This document shows positions 1-10,070 of a DNA stretch of 20,000 bases, one piece after another. The translations under genes were made by a program, and so were the position numbers. The stretch is from the NCBI GenBank assembly GCA_038087875.1, contig JAXLNO010000309.1, positions 121,811 through 141,810 of the forward strand, written 5' to 3'. Within the stretch, counting starts at the first letter, position 1, and each line of letters begins with the position of its first letter. This DNA comes from Malacoraja senta (Eukaryota). Under the pieces are notes generated by a model, which saw nothing but the letters and a program-made list of their open reading frames with translations, made no database searches and was not told where the DNA came from.

Positions 1-137
1 TTTCCGGTTAGCGGCATGCAGGCGCTGAGTGCGTCATTTCCGGTTCGTGGCAAGCAGCGGGAGGGTGACGTCAAGATGGCGCCGAGTACAGGCGCTGTTG
101 AATAATTCAGGAGTTTACTACTCTGTCTATGGTGAGT
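1..137 (+). promoter_or_regulatory. CpG-rich promoter-like motif cluster with a possible ATG-terminated first exon; alternatively the right end of a non-autonomous DNA transposon
   Basis: ETS cores TTCCGG at 2-7 and 38-43; full CRE TGACGTCA at 66-73 overlapping a YY1-type CAAGATGGCG at 72-81; ATG at 129-131 followed by donor GTGAGT at 132-137. The ...CTGTCTATGG end also resembles termini of fish DNA transposons, so the call is ambiguous. Confidence 0.4.
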
Positions 138-261
138 GTGTTTGTTGGACGTTATTTAAAGCATGATTTTGCTTCAGCAGCCTCCACAGCAGGCGTTAAA
201 GATTCGTTTTACACACTGTATATTCAACACGTTCTGAAGTTTCTTGGCTTTTTAGTATTGG

Positions 262-428
262 GTGTGTGTGTGTGTGAATGAGTCTGTGTGTGCGTGTGCA
301 TGTGCGTGTGCGTGGGCCTGTGCGTGTGCGTGTGCGTGTGCTTGTGCGTGTCTGTGTGTGTGTGTGTGTGTGCGAATGAGTCTGTGTTTGTGTATGTATG
401 AGTCTGTGTGTGTGTATATGAGTGTGTG

Positions 429-466
<38 letters not shown>

Positions 467-686
467 AGTCTCTGTGTGCTTATGTGTGAATGAGTCTGTG
501 TGTGTGTATGTGTGAATGACTCTGTGTGGGTATGTGTGTGAAAGAGTCTATGTGTGTGTGTATGTGAAAGAGTCTGTGTGTGTGTATGTATGAGTCTGTG
601 TGTGTACGAGTCTGTGTGTGTACGAGTCTGTGTGTGCGTATATGAGTCTGTGTGTGTGTATATGAGTCTGTGTGTGTCAGTGAGTC

Positions 687-735
<49 letters not shown>

Positions 736-775
736 ATCTGTGTGTGAGTGCCTGTGTGAGGTGCAGGGTGTATGT
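262..775. repeat. Compound degenerate (TG)n microsatellite with interspersed GAGTCT units and a (TGCGTG)n block
   Basis: Direct reading: long TG runs, recurring ATGAGTCTGTGTG units, TGCGTG repeats at ~290-350. Confidence 0.97.
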
Positions 776-901
776 GATCAACAAATAACAACTAGTACAA
801 ATAATATAGTCTTTCGTAGTTCAGAGCTTATTTGTTATGTTTCATAGCCTGATGGCTGTCAGGAAGAAGCTGTTCCTCAATGTAGATGTTACAGTTTTCA
901 G
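776..901 (-). mobile_element. 3' fragment of a Rex1/Babar- or L2-like LINE
   Basis: Minus strand 901-842 translates to LKTVTSTLRNSFFLTAIRL*, matching the 'RNSFFPxAIRLLN' C-terminal motif of these ORF2 proteins. Confidence 0.65.
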
Positions 902-1300
902 TTTACAAAAGTCGGACGTGACTCCAGAAGTCGGGCATAAGTCAGTCAGTCAGTCCGCAAGCCGTCAGTCAGTCAGTCCAAAGGCCATGAGTTAATCCCA
1001 AGGCAGTGAGTGAGTCCAGCGGTCATGATTAAGTCGCTCACCGCCCCCCTCCCCCACCTCGACGCTGCCCTGCGCCTGGCTATAGGATGCGCCCCCACCT
1101 GCCCACTACTGAAGCCGCCCACATCCCCTGCTGGAGGACCCCCCCCTTTCTCATCAGCCTACGAGAGCCCCCGCCTGAAGTTGTCCCCCTCCCTTGGCTG
1201 CACTACATTTGCCACCCCCACCCCACCCTGACAGCCCCCGCCTCAAAAAATGTTTTGCACACATTCTTCAGTGTTCATTAACAACTGAAATTGTCTTTAG

Positions 1301-2527
1301 GCTGCTTTTTCGACACGATGTCAGGAAACGTTAGAGGTCAAGGTGATGTGGCTATTGCTGTAGCATCCTCTGGGATAGCAGCTACATTAATGCCTGGTGG
1401 AAGAACTACTCATTCTCGATTCAAGGTACCCATCCAAGTGGCCGAGTATACAGTCTGCAACATCGAGAAGAACTCTCTGACGGCACATTTCATGAGGCAA
1501 GTGAAAGTCATCGTTTGGGATGAATGTCCAATGATTAGGAGAGAAAGCATTGAAGCGGTTGACAGAACTCTTCAAGATGTCTGCAGCAACACTAAGCCTT
1601 TTGGCAGCATTCTTATCGTTTGTTGTGGCGATTTTCGACAACCACTTGCTGTGGTGAAAAGGGGAAACGATGCTGATGTTGAAAATGCCTGCATCAAGAA
1701 ATCCTACTTGTGGAGACTTTTCACCAAGTTTCAATTGCACAAAAATATGCGATTGACAGAGGGAGAAGGCGACTATTCTCAATTTTTGTTGAAAGTTGGA
1801 GAAGACAAGATTTTAAAGAATGAAGACGATGAAATTGAAATCCCACAAGACATGCTTCTATCAGCAGAAACACTGAAGGATTGTATTGATTTCATCTATC
1901 CCACATTTGACAATCCTGCAGAATTATTCTCCAACAATTGTATCTTGGTTCCTCACAACGATACCACGAGAAGCATCAATTCTACATGCATCAGACGCTT
2001 CCCTGGAATCGTTAAGGAGTACTTTTCTTTCAATCCTGTCATTGAAGGAACTCATAATACTGACTTTCCAACAGGATTCACTCGAGCTCTCTGGGTTACC
2101 ACCACACAAATTGGAGTTGAAAAAAGGATCTCCAATCATATTAATGAGAAACCTGGAGCCGCCAAAGCTTTGCAATAAAACGAGGATGGTTGTGGAAGAG
2201 ATACACAATAATCTGTTCGTTGCAAAAATCAACATGGGAGCCTTCAAAGATGACATTGTTCTCATTTCTAGGATAGCACTCATTTTGACAGAAGGTGAAG
2301 ACATTCCCCTTCAGCGGACCCAATTCCACGTTCAATCAGGTTTTGCTATGACGATCCATAAAGCACAAGGACAAACAATGCAGAAGGTGTTGATCTACCT
2401 CGACAAACCTGTATTTCGGCATGGACAACTATATGTTAGCCGAGGAAAGATGAAGGGAAATGTCAACGTTTTCCTGAAGGATGGAACATCGACCAAGAAT
2501 GTTGTCATTAAAAGCGTGCTTCGTTGA
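1301..2527 (+). pseudogene. Helitron-type PIF1 (SF1B) DNA helicase domain, disrupted
   Basis: Motifs AVASSGIAATL, GGRTTHSRFKVP, IVWDECPM, KPFG..GDFRQ, LHKNMR, LSGLPPHKLELKKG, FAMTIHKAQGQT, FRHGQLYV. Split across ORFs 1291..2178 and 1886..2527 by a frameshift near 2074. Walker A is absent and GQLYVALSR is reduced to GQLYVSR. Confidence 0.93.
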
Positions 2528-2651
2528 ATGATGACTTCTGAGATAAATTCTCAGATTTTCTTTCTTAAAATTTGACCGCTGAATTTCTCTATATTAAAAT
2601 GGTCTCTTTTTATCAACAGGAAATAGTCATCAAGAGGCAGTGAGCAGCAGA

Positions 2652-2686
2652 ACACAACAAGAGACACAACAAGAGACACAACAAGA
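2652..2686. repeat. 12-bp tandem repeat (ACACAACAAGAG) x~3
   Basis: Direct reading. Confidence 0.9.
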
Positions 2687-2819
2687 AATAACTTAATAAT
2701 TATCATCTTTAACATTTAAATTGTTCTTATATTTTAAGAGTCATTCACATTTTAAACTTTAATAAATCCTTTTTGCACTTTTGATGCCTGCGTGTTCTGC
2801 ATCACAATGGGAACCTTAA

Positions 2820-3431
2820 AGGCCCTTTCTCACGAGTCTGCGGTCTATGGCGGCGAAACGGGAAGAATCTGCCGCCATAGACCGCGCACTCGTGACAAAG
2901 TACAATTCCCGGGCCGTGCGCCGGTGTTCCCAACACCGCGCGGTGCTAAAATAAATTCTACACTGTCCAAAACTAAATACTCACCGCACAACCTCCACCA
3001 GTGATGCACGAGTGCGCACGGCCGCTCGCACGGGCCGCCGCCAGTGTGGGTCGAGCGCCGTGCGTCAAACCTCCTCTGCCACAGCCTCTGCCAGTGAGGC
3101 ACGTGCCGCCGCCAGTGAGGCACGTGCCGCCGCCAGTGAGGCACGTGTGCTGCGCGGCCGCAGTCACAGCCACCGATACAGCGCCGCGATCAGGATGGCC
3201 GCCGCTGGTGAGTCACGTGCGGCGGGCCGACGTCATCGCAGTCGGCCCGCCCTTTTTTTACTTACCGCAAGCACGTGGGACCCGCCGTGTTTGAATTAAC
3301 TCGGCCCCCGCGCAACATCCGTGCGGCGCTCCGGTGGATAGGCTCGACGCTCTCGCCGTTGCCGCGCGGTCCTCGCTACCGGCGACGCCGCGCTTCACCA
3401 CCGATGACCGCAAACAGGTAAGACAGAGCCT
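2820..3431. mobile_element. PIF/Harbinger-like MITE, GC/CpG-rich
   Basis: Flanked by TAA at 2817-2819 and 3432-3434. The left end AGGCCCTTTCTCACGAG and the reverse complement of the right end AGGCTCTGTCTTACCTG match at 12/17 positions. Similar to the terminus at 14351. Sharp composition shift at the left end. Confidence 0.65.
3090..3147. repeat. 21-bp tandem repeat GCCAGTGAGGCACGTGCCGCC x~2.8
   Basis: Units start at 3090, 3111 and 3132; each contains CACGTG. Confidence 0.95.
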
Positions 3432-3593
3432 TAATAGGCAGGAATGGCAGCTCTGTGCGAGAGCCACTAAGAGTGAATGGGGGAGGTTGTGGGGAGATGC
3501 ACTGAATGTGTGGGTGGGAGGGGAATGGCAAGGAGCAGAGTGGGGGAGTGAAGGGAGGTGGGGCGACTGAGTGAACTGCCAGCCCACCAGCCG

Positions 3594-3813
3594 TGAGGGT
3601 CAACCTTTTCACACAGAGTGATAGGTTTATTGAATAAGTTGCCAGAGGAGGTAATTGAGGCAGATATTAAAAGATCATTTAAAAGATATTTCGACAGGTG
3701 CATGAACAGAAACGATTTAGAGGGATATGGGCCAAACTCGAGCAAGGGCGACTAGTTCAGATGAGGCACTGTCGTCGGCATGGGCTGGTTAGGCACGAGC
3801 TAAGACTCTATGA
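3594..3813 (+). mobile_element. Old CR1 LINE 3' end fragment
   Basis: Degenerate NFFTQRV..WNxLPEEVxEA...F..YM..GYG coding remnant plus 3' UTR ending GACTCTATG; similar to the other CR1 3' ends in the window. Confidence 0.85.
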
Positions 3814-4145
3814 CCAGTTTGCATGTAGCCTCAGTGTAGCGATGGAGAAGGTCTGGGACAACAAGGAAAATTGGGAATTGGAAGGGGAGTTAGCAAACGG
3901 AAAATCCATTAGACCTTCGCGGACCGAACGCGGGTGTTCAGCAAAGCAATCGCCGATGCTTTGTCTCACTGATATGCAAGACCAAGTTACATCGGCGGGA
4001 ACTCCGGATGCAGGGGATGATGTTAGAGGTGCATGTGATTCTCTGTCTCACCTGGAAGGACTATGGGGTCCCTGAATGGAGGTAAATGGACAGACATTAC
4101 ACCTCTTGTGTTTTCAGGGAAAAGTACATGGGGTGGGGTGTAGTT
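3814..4145 (-). mobile_element. Penelope-like element GIY-YIG endonuclease fragment
   Basis: Minus strand reads TFP*KHKRCNVCPFTSIQGP..SFQVRQRITCTS, then HISETK..GDCFAEHPRSVR: the Cys-rich linker and a degenerate YIGET motif of PLE endonucleases. Confidence 0.85.
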
Positions 4146-4165
4146 TGGCTGAAAATGGTTGAGTC

Positions 4166-4460
4166 CGGAAATTGGAGGCAGAGCAACTCGTATTCCACTT
4201 GCAGAGCTTACAAGCCAACGGCAAAAACATTGAATTCTACAATTTTGGGTACTAAGCCACAAACACCCCATTCCGTCTTCCTTTTCTCCCTCAATATGCC
4301 CCCTTTACTACCCCCCCCGCCCCCCGCCCCCTTCCCTTTCTTATCTCCCCACCTCCGCCCCCTCCCCTGAAACTTGGCTGACACTTCGTCGGTTTCTCCA
4401 ATCCCGCTCCACCTGCATCCCTCCCAAATGGCTACACAATTAGCAACTTTGCTATGTTTG
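4166..4460 (+). mobile_element. Penelope-like ORF C-terminus and C-rich 3'/pLTR region
   Basis: 4166-4255 translates RKLEAEQLVFHLQSLQANGKNIEFYNFGY*, matching the PLE 'RKLEEQHLIFRLGxLQPxGMN' terminus; a pyrimidine-rich tract follows. Confidence 0.75.
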
Positions 4461-5113
4461 GGCTATTCCGGACAGAATCTGTAGTTGAATGATATCAGCA
4501 AAGCCGATCATTGACGCTTGCTATTTATTCCAGATTTACTTCATTTTTGTTTTAGGTTTTGTTGAGAGAAACAGCAATAGTATTATGTCTTGTATTCATT
4601 AGTGCCATTATTAATTATAGAAATCCATGAACAATCACAAACACGTCGGGCCCGTCACCAAGGAAAATCGACGGACAAATACAAAGATTCTCGGAAGATA
4701 AAAATATTCCACTCACCTATTTGAAGTCACCACGAACTTGCGATTGACTTCAAAAATATCATATTTGAGATTTGTATCTATGTTATAAAGTCATCCACCT
4801 GAAAGTCTAACTGTCTTCTTTCTCCACAGATGATGAGATCTTCCATTATCCTTTGGTTGTGCTTCTGATGTGCAGGACTTCTACTATTTTGCATTTTCAT
4901 TTACATCTCAACAACATTTAATGTTAGACTCTCTTCCCGTTTTCATTCACCTCTTTCTATGCTCCCGTCAGAATAGCTGTTACCCGGCATTTGATTTAAT
5001 TTACTTCCAATGGAACCTTGTTAACCCGAGAGACTAATTATTCCTTCCCCATATCTCCAATCGTCTCCAGAGTATTTCCAACCATTCGTTGCGCTTTGGT
5101 TTTTTTTCAAATT

Positions 5114-5484
5114 CATAGTCAATAGAGAATAGGTGCAGGAATAGGCCATTCGGCCCTTCGAGCCAGCACCGCCATTCAATGTGATCATGGCTGATCATCC
5201 CCAATCAGTACCCCGTTCCTGCCTTCTCCCCATATCCCCTGACTCCGCTATTTTGAGAGCCCTATCTAGCTCTCTCTTGAAAGCATCCAGAGAACCTGCC
5301 TCCACTGCCCTCTGAAGCAGATAATTCCACACTCACCACTCTCTGTGAGAAAAAGTGTTTCCTCGTCACCGTTCTAAATGACTTACTCCTTATTCTTAAA
5401 CTGTGGCCCCTGGTTCTGGACTCCCCCAACATCGGGTACATGTTTCCTGCCTCTAAAGTGTCCAAACCCTTATCAATCTTATAT
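5114..5484 (-). mobile_element. 5'-truncated CR1 LINE 3' end
   Basis: ORF 5262..5465 (ESRTRGHSLRI..HFFSQRVV) and the 3' UTR motif GGCCATTCGGCCC, shared with 15299-15700. Confidence 0.92.
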
Positions 5485-6377
5485 GGGGGGGGGAGACTCC
5501 TAAATAGGGGGGGGGGGCGCCGTCCCGTTGGGTATGGCTGCCCTGCCTGCAGCTGTCCGTTTTTTCGCTTATTTTTCTTAATTTTTAGTATGTTTAATAT
5601 TGTTTTGTTTTTGGAGGACTATGCTTTTTATGTGGTGGGTGGAGGGGGGAAGGGGGAAACGGCTTTTCATAGTCCCTACCTGGTCGGAGATGCGGCTTTC
5701 CTCAGAGCAGCATCTCGACCCGTCCTCGCGGCCTACCATCCGGGTCTGGAGCGGCGTTTCCAGAAGGGACTGACCAGAATCACGGCTTCGGAGGCGGCAC
5801 AGCGCTGGAGCGCTATCGCGGAGCGGAGCCTGCGAAGCCTTGCCCGGGTCGCCGCGCTGGAGCTCCGGAATGCTGAGACTGCCGATGATAACATCGCGAT
5901 GCTGAGGGTCTGTGGAGCGGCCAGCCGCGGGCGGCGGCGCTGACTTTAACATCGGGAGCCCGGGATCTCTCGCCGAGATCACCAGTGGTGGAGCTCCGTC
6001 CAGCGCGGCCTGTCGGCTTCGGAATCCGCGGTCTCCGGTAAGGAAGTGGACGTTCCAGGTATCCCAAGCCGCTGAGAGGGTTCTCCCGACGCCGGAGCAC
6101 CATCACCCGGCGAGAAGGGCCTGAAACTTCGGGCCCCGTAGCGGCGACTGCAGAGGCCACAATAGGCCCGACTATGGGTGGACAAGGGGATGGGGACTGG
6201 ACATTGCGCCTACCCTCACAGTGGGAACCATTGTGGGAGGGGGGGTTATGTTTCATGTTAAATTTCTTTAAAATGTTATGTTGCATTCTTATTAATGTGC
6301 TGCAATGGCAACTTGAATTTCACTACACGAATTGGTGTATGTGACAATAAATGAACCTTTGAACCTTTGAACCTTTG
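5485..6377 (+). mobile_element. Non-autonomous retroposon (SINE-like or LINE-derived) with a GC-rich core
   Basis: Ends in GTATGTGACAATAAA (AATAAA 6346-6351) followed by a (TGAACCTT)x3 tail at 6352-6375. Internal ORFs have no recognisable motifs. Confidence 0.6.
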
Positions 6378-6856
6378 TTTCAAATTTACAACAGATTTGC
6401 GGTTTTCAGCTCAGAATATTACTGTGAAACAGTTTGTCACAAAATAAGAGATTTAAGGAGAATATTTCCATGCATTTGCTTACAGGATGATACGTTATAA
6501 TTTGTACCGATAGATGATAACAAAATGTGATATGTTGTAACCCCACACACATGAATACTCCATTTCCCTGGATTCAACGTTAATCATATTAGACAGAAAA
6601 ATATTTGAGCAAACCATTGTGAAATATCTTATTCCCTCTTCGTTGCGTATGGATGCGATAAACTGCGGTATATATTTCCTATTCAACCACGTTAAAAATT
6701 CTCCGAGATCCAGCACATCGACCGACCAGTGAATAAAGCGAATCCTCCCACAGCAAATGCCTGTCATCCCACATTGTGGATCGAGATGCGGGTCTGTAAT
6801 AAGCCCGTGTCCTACAATTTTGCAATGAGTATTTCTCCTCCAATAAGGAGTTAAAA

Positions 6857-6996
6857 TTCACAAGTTATAGGAGTAGAATTGGGCCATTCGGCCCACCGAG
6901 TCCACTCCGCCAGTCAATCTTGGCTGATCTTACCTCATATTGCCATTTTCCCGCCTTCGCCCCATAACCTCTGACACCCGTCCTAATCAAGAATCA
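6857..6996 (-). mobile_element. Short CR1 3' UTR fragment
   Basis: TAGGAGTAGAATTGGGCCATTCGGCCC..GGCTGATC..CCCCATAACC, homologous to the other CR1 3' ends in the window. Confidence 0.85.
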
Positions 6997-7256
6997 ACCC
7001 TCTGTGTGGAATTGCGTGGAAATGTTTGTTCAAATGTCCACGACAAATGCCATTGTTGCATCACTCAGTGAATACGCTGGAGGATTGGGGCGAGTATTAA
7101 TGAGGATTGGAGTCGCGCTCCTTGCGCCATCGTGTTAGCACCTGAGCAGCCCAGATCTTACAGAATGGGACGGGCACCGATTCTATACGTGAAGGATATC
7201 CGATTCTGGCGGCATTTGGAATCCCTGGTATGTCCGGGCACATCGTTCAAAGTGTT

Positions 7257-9981
7257 ACCATATAACCATATAACCGTAACAGCACGGAAACAGGCCATCT
7301 CGGCCCTTCAAGTCCGTGCCGAACATTTTTTAATTTTTTTTTTAAATTAAAAATAAATACTTCCCCCTAGTCCCATCTACCTGCACTCAGACCATAACCC
7401 TCCATTCCTTTCCCGTCCATATACCCATCCAATCTATTTTTAAAGGATAACATCGAACCTGCCTCCACCACTTCCACTGGAAGCTCATTCCACACAGCTA
7501 CCACTCTATGCGTAAAGAAGTTCCCCCTAATGTTCCCCCTAAACTTCTGTCCCTTAATTCTCAAGTCATGTCCCCTTGTTTGAATCTTCCCTACTCTCAA
7601 TGGGAAAAGCTTATCCACGTCCACTCTGTCTAACCCGCTCATAATTTTAAAGACCTCTATCAAGTCCCCTCTTAACCTTCTGCGCTCCAAAGAATAAAGA
7701 CCTAACTTGTTCAACCTTTCTCTGTAACTTAGTTGCTGAAACCCAGGCAACATTCTAGTAAATCTCCTCTGTACTCTCTCTATTTTGTTGACATCCTTCC
7801 TATAATTAGGCGACCAAACTTGTACTCCATACTCCAGAATTGGCCTCACCAATGCCTTGTACAATTTTAACATTACATCCCAACTTCTATATTCAATGCT
7901 CTGATTTATAAAGGCCAGCACACCGAAAGCTTTCTTTACCACCCTATCTACATGAGATTCCACCTTCAGGGAACTATGCACAGTTATTCCTAGATCCCTC
8001 TGTTCAACTGCATTCCTCAATTCGCTACCATTTACCGTGTACGTCCTATTTTGATTTGTCCTGCCGAGATGTAGTACCTCACATTTGTCAGCATTAAACT
8101 CCATCTGCCATCTTTCAGCCCACTCTTCCAAATGGCCTAAATCTCTCTGTAGACTTTGAAAATCTACTTCATTATCCACAACACCACCTATCTTAGTATC
8201 ATCTGCATACTTACTAATTCAATTTTCCACACCATCATCCGGATCATTGATGTACATGACAAACAACAGTGGACCCAACACAGACCCCTGAGGCACCCCA
8301 CTAGTCACCGGCCTCCAACCTGACAAACAGCCATCCACCATTACTCTCTGGCATCTCCCATTCAGCCACTGTTGAATCCATCTTGCTACTCCACCATTAA
8401 TACCCAACAATTGAATCTTCTTAACCAACCTTCCATGAGGAACCTTGTCAAAGGCCTTACTGAAGTCTATATAGACAACATCCACTGCTTCACCCTCATC
8501 AATTTCCCTAGTAACCTCTTCGAAAAATTCAAGAAGATTAGTCAAGCATGACCTTCCAGGCACAAATTCATGTTGACTGTTCCTAATCAGACCCTGCTTA
8601 TCCAGATGCTTATATATATTATCTTTAAGTATCCTTTCCATTAATTTGCCCACCACTGACGTCAAACTAACAGGTCTATAATTGCTAGGTTTACTCTTCG
8701 AACCCTTTTTAAACAAGGGAACAACATGCGTAGTACGCCAATCTTCCGGCACTATTCCCGTTTCTAATGACATTTGAAATATTTCTGTCATAGCCCCTGC
8801 TATTTCTACACTAACTTCCCTCAATGTCCTAGGGAATATCCTGTCAGGACCTGGAGACTTATCCGTTTTCATATTTTTCAAAAGTGTCCGCACCTGCTCA
8901 TATCTTCTTTTAGCTTTTCTAATTTATTTCTTAATATTCTTTTTACATTCTTTATACTCCTCAAGCACCTCATTTACTCCATGCTGCCTATAATTATTGT
9001 AGATATCTCTCTTTTTCCGAACCGTGTCCAATTTCCCTTGAAAACCATGGCTCTTTCCATTTTTTACTATTTCCTTTCAACCGAACAGGGACATAAAGAT
9101 TCTGTACTCTAAAAATGTCACCCTTAAATGTCCTCCATTTTTCTTCTACATCCTTCCCATAAAACAACATGTCCCAATTCACTCCTTTTAAATCCTTTCG
9201 CATCTCCTCAAAGTTAGCCTTTCTCCAAACAAAAATCTCAACCCTAGGTCCAGTTCTGACCCTCTCCATAATTATATTGAAACTAATGGTATTGTGATCA
9301 CTGGACCCGAAGTGCTCCCCGACGCATACCTCCGCCACCTGCCCTGTCTCATTTCCTAACAGGAGGTCCAGCACTGCCCCTTCTCTAGTAGGTACCTCTA
9401 TGTATTGCTGCAAAAAACTATCTTGCACACATTTTACAAACTCCAAACCATCCAGCCCTTTTACAGAATGTGTTTCCCAGTCTATGTGTGGAAAATTGAA
9501 ATCTCCCACAATCACTATCTTGTGCTTACTACTGATATCTGCTATCTCCTTACATATTTGCTCTTCCAATTCTCGCTCCCCATTTGGCGGTCTATAATAC
9601 ACCCCTATAAGTGTTGCTACACCTTTCCCATTTCTCAGTTCCACCCAAATAGCCTACCTAGACGAGCCCTCTAATCTATCCTGCCAAAGCACTGCTGTAA
9701 TATCTTCCTTGACAAGCAATGCAACACCCCCACCTCTTGCCCCTCCAATTCTATCACCCCTGAAGCAACGAAATCCTGGAATATTTATTTGCCAATCACA
9801 GCCCTCCTGCAACCATGTTTCACTGATCGCCACAACATCATACTGCCAGGTGTCAATCCAGGCTCTAAGCTCATCCACCTTTCTTACAATGCTCCTAGCA
9901 TTAAAATATACACATTTAAGAAACCCACCACCACTTATTCTCTGTTTATTATCTTTACCACTTATTCTCTGTTTATTATCT
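7257..9981 (-). mobile_element. CR1 LINE ORF2 (APE endonuclease + RT), 5'-truncated and disrupted
   Basis: [59 protein letters not shown] (8198-8209). In-frame stops at 9654-9656 and 8219-8221, a frameshift near 9030 and an internal deletion near 8897. (ACCATATA)n tail at 7257-7275. Confidence 0.97.
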
Positions 9982-10025
9982 GTTGCTGCTGCGTATTGAC
10001 GTAACCGCTCGTTCTGTCTTGCGAC

Positions 10026-10070
10026 GTAGAAACAAAGAACTGCAGATGCTGGTTAATAAAAAAAGACACA
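10026..10070. mobile_element. Penelope pLTR-derived short repeat fragment
   Basis: GTAGAAACAAAGAACTGCAGATGCTGGTT..AGACACA, reverse-complementary to the end of the related copy at ~11135-11180. Confidence 0.55.

Larger units (their letters stand above)
902..3597 (+). mobile_element. Non-autonomous, decayed Helitron-derived segment (boundaries approximate)
   Basis: Contains the PIF1-family helicase remnant 1301-2527, (CAGT)n runs at ~940-980 and an AT-rich 3' region interrupted by the MITE at 2820-3431. No Rep/HUH domain and no clear TC or hairpin-CTRR termini were seen. Confidence 0.55.

Noticed and set aside
262..791. ORFs 262..489 (+) and 480..791 (-)
   Set aside because: Translations of the TG microsatellite (CV/HT runs).
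1387..2335. Minus-strand ORFs 1387..1782, 1924..2304, 2141..2335
   Set aside because: Antisense shadows of the helicase coding sequence.
3090..3147. CRISPR-like repeat array
   Set aside because: Head-to-tail repeats without spacers, eukaryotic context, no cas genes.
2792..3612. Numerous overlapping short ORFs in both directions
   Set aside because: Expected from high GC and a 21-bp in-frame repeat; no transposase or Myb motifs recognised.
4720..4754. 10-bp inverted repeat TTTGAAGTCA/TGACTTCAAA and the adjacent minus-strand donor GTGAGT
   Set aside because: Isolated short hairpin; the best upstream acceptor falls in a pLTR-like relic and no protein family is recognisable.
5440..6286. ORFs of 134-167 aa in the GC-rich element
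   Set aside because: Arg/Ala/Pro-rich, overlapping on both strands, no domain motifs, inside a tailed retroposon.
6495..6861. Minus-strand ORFs of 90 and 60 aa
   Set aside because: No convincing homology or splice context; the region is better explained as GPCR upstream DNA.
7367..9878. Intact reverse-transcriptase gene or novel RT system
   Set aside because: Standard CR1 ORF2 with two nonsense codons, a frameshift and an internal deletion.
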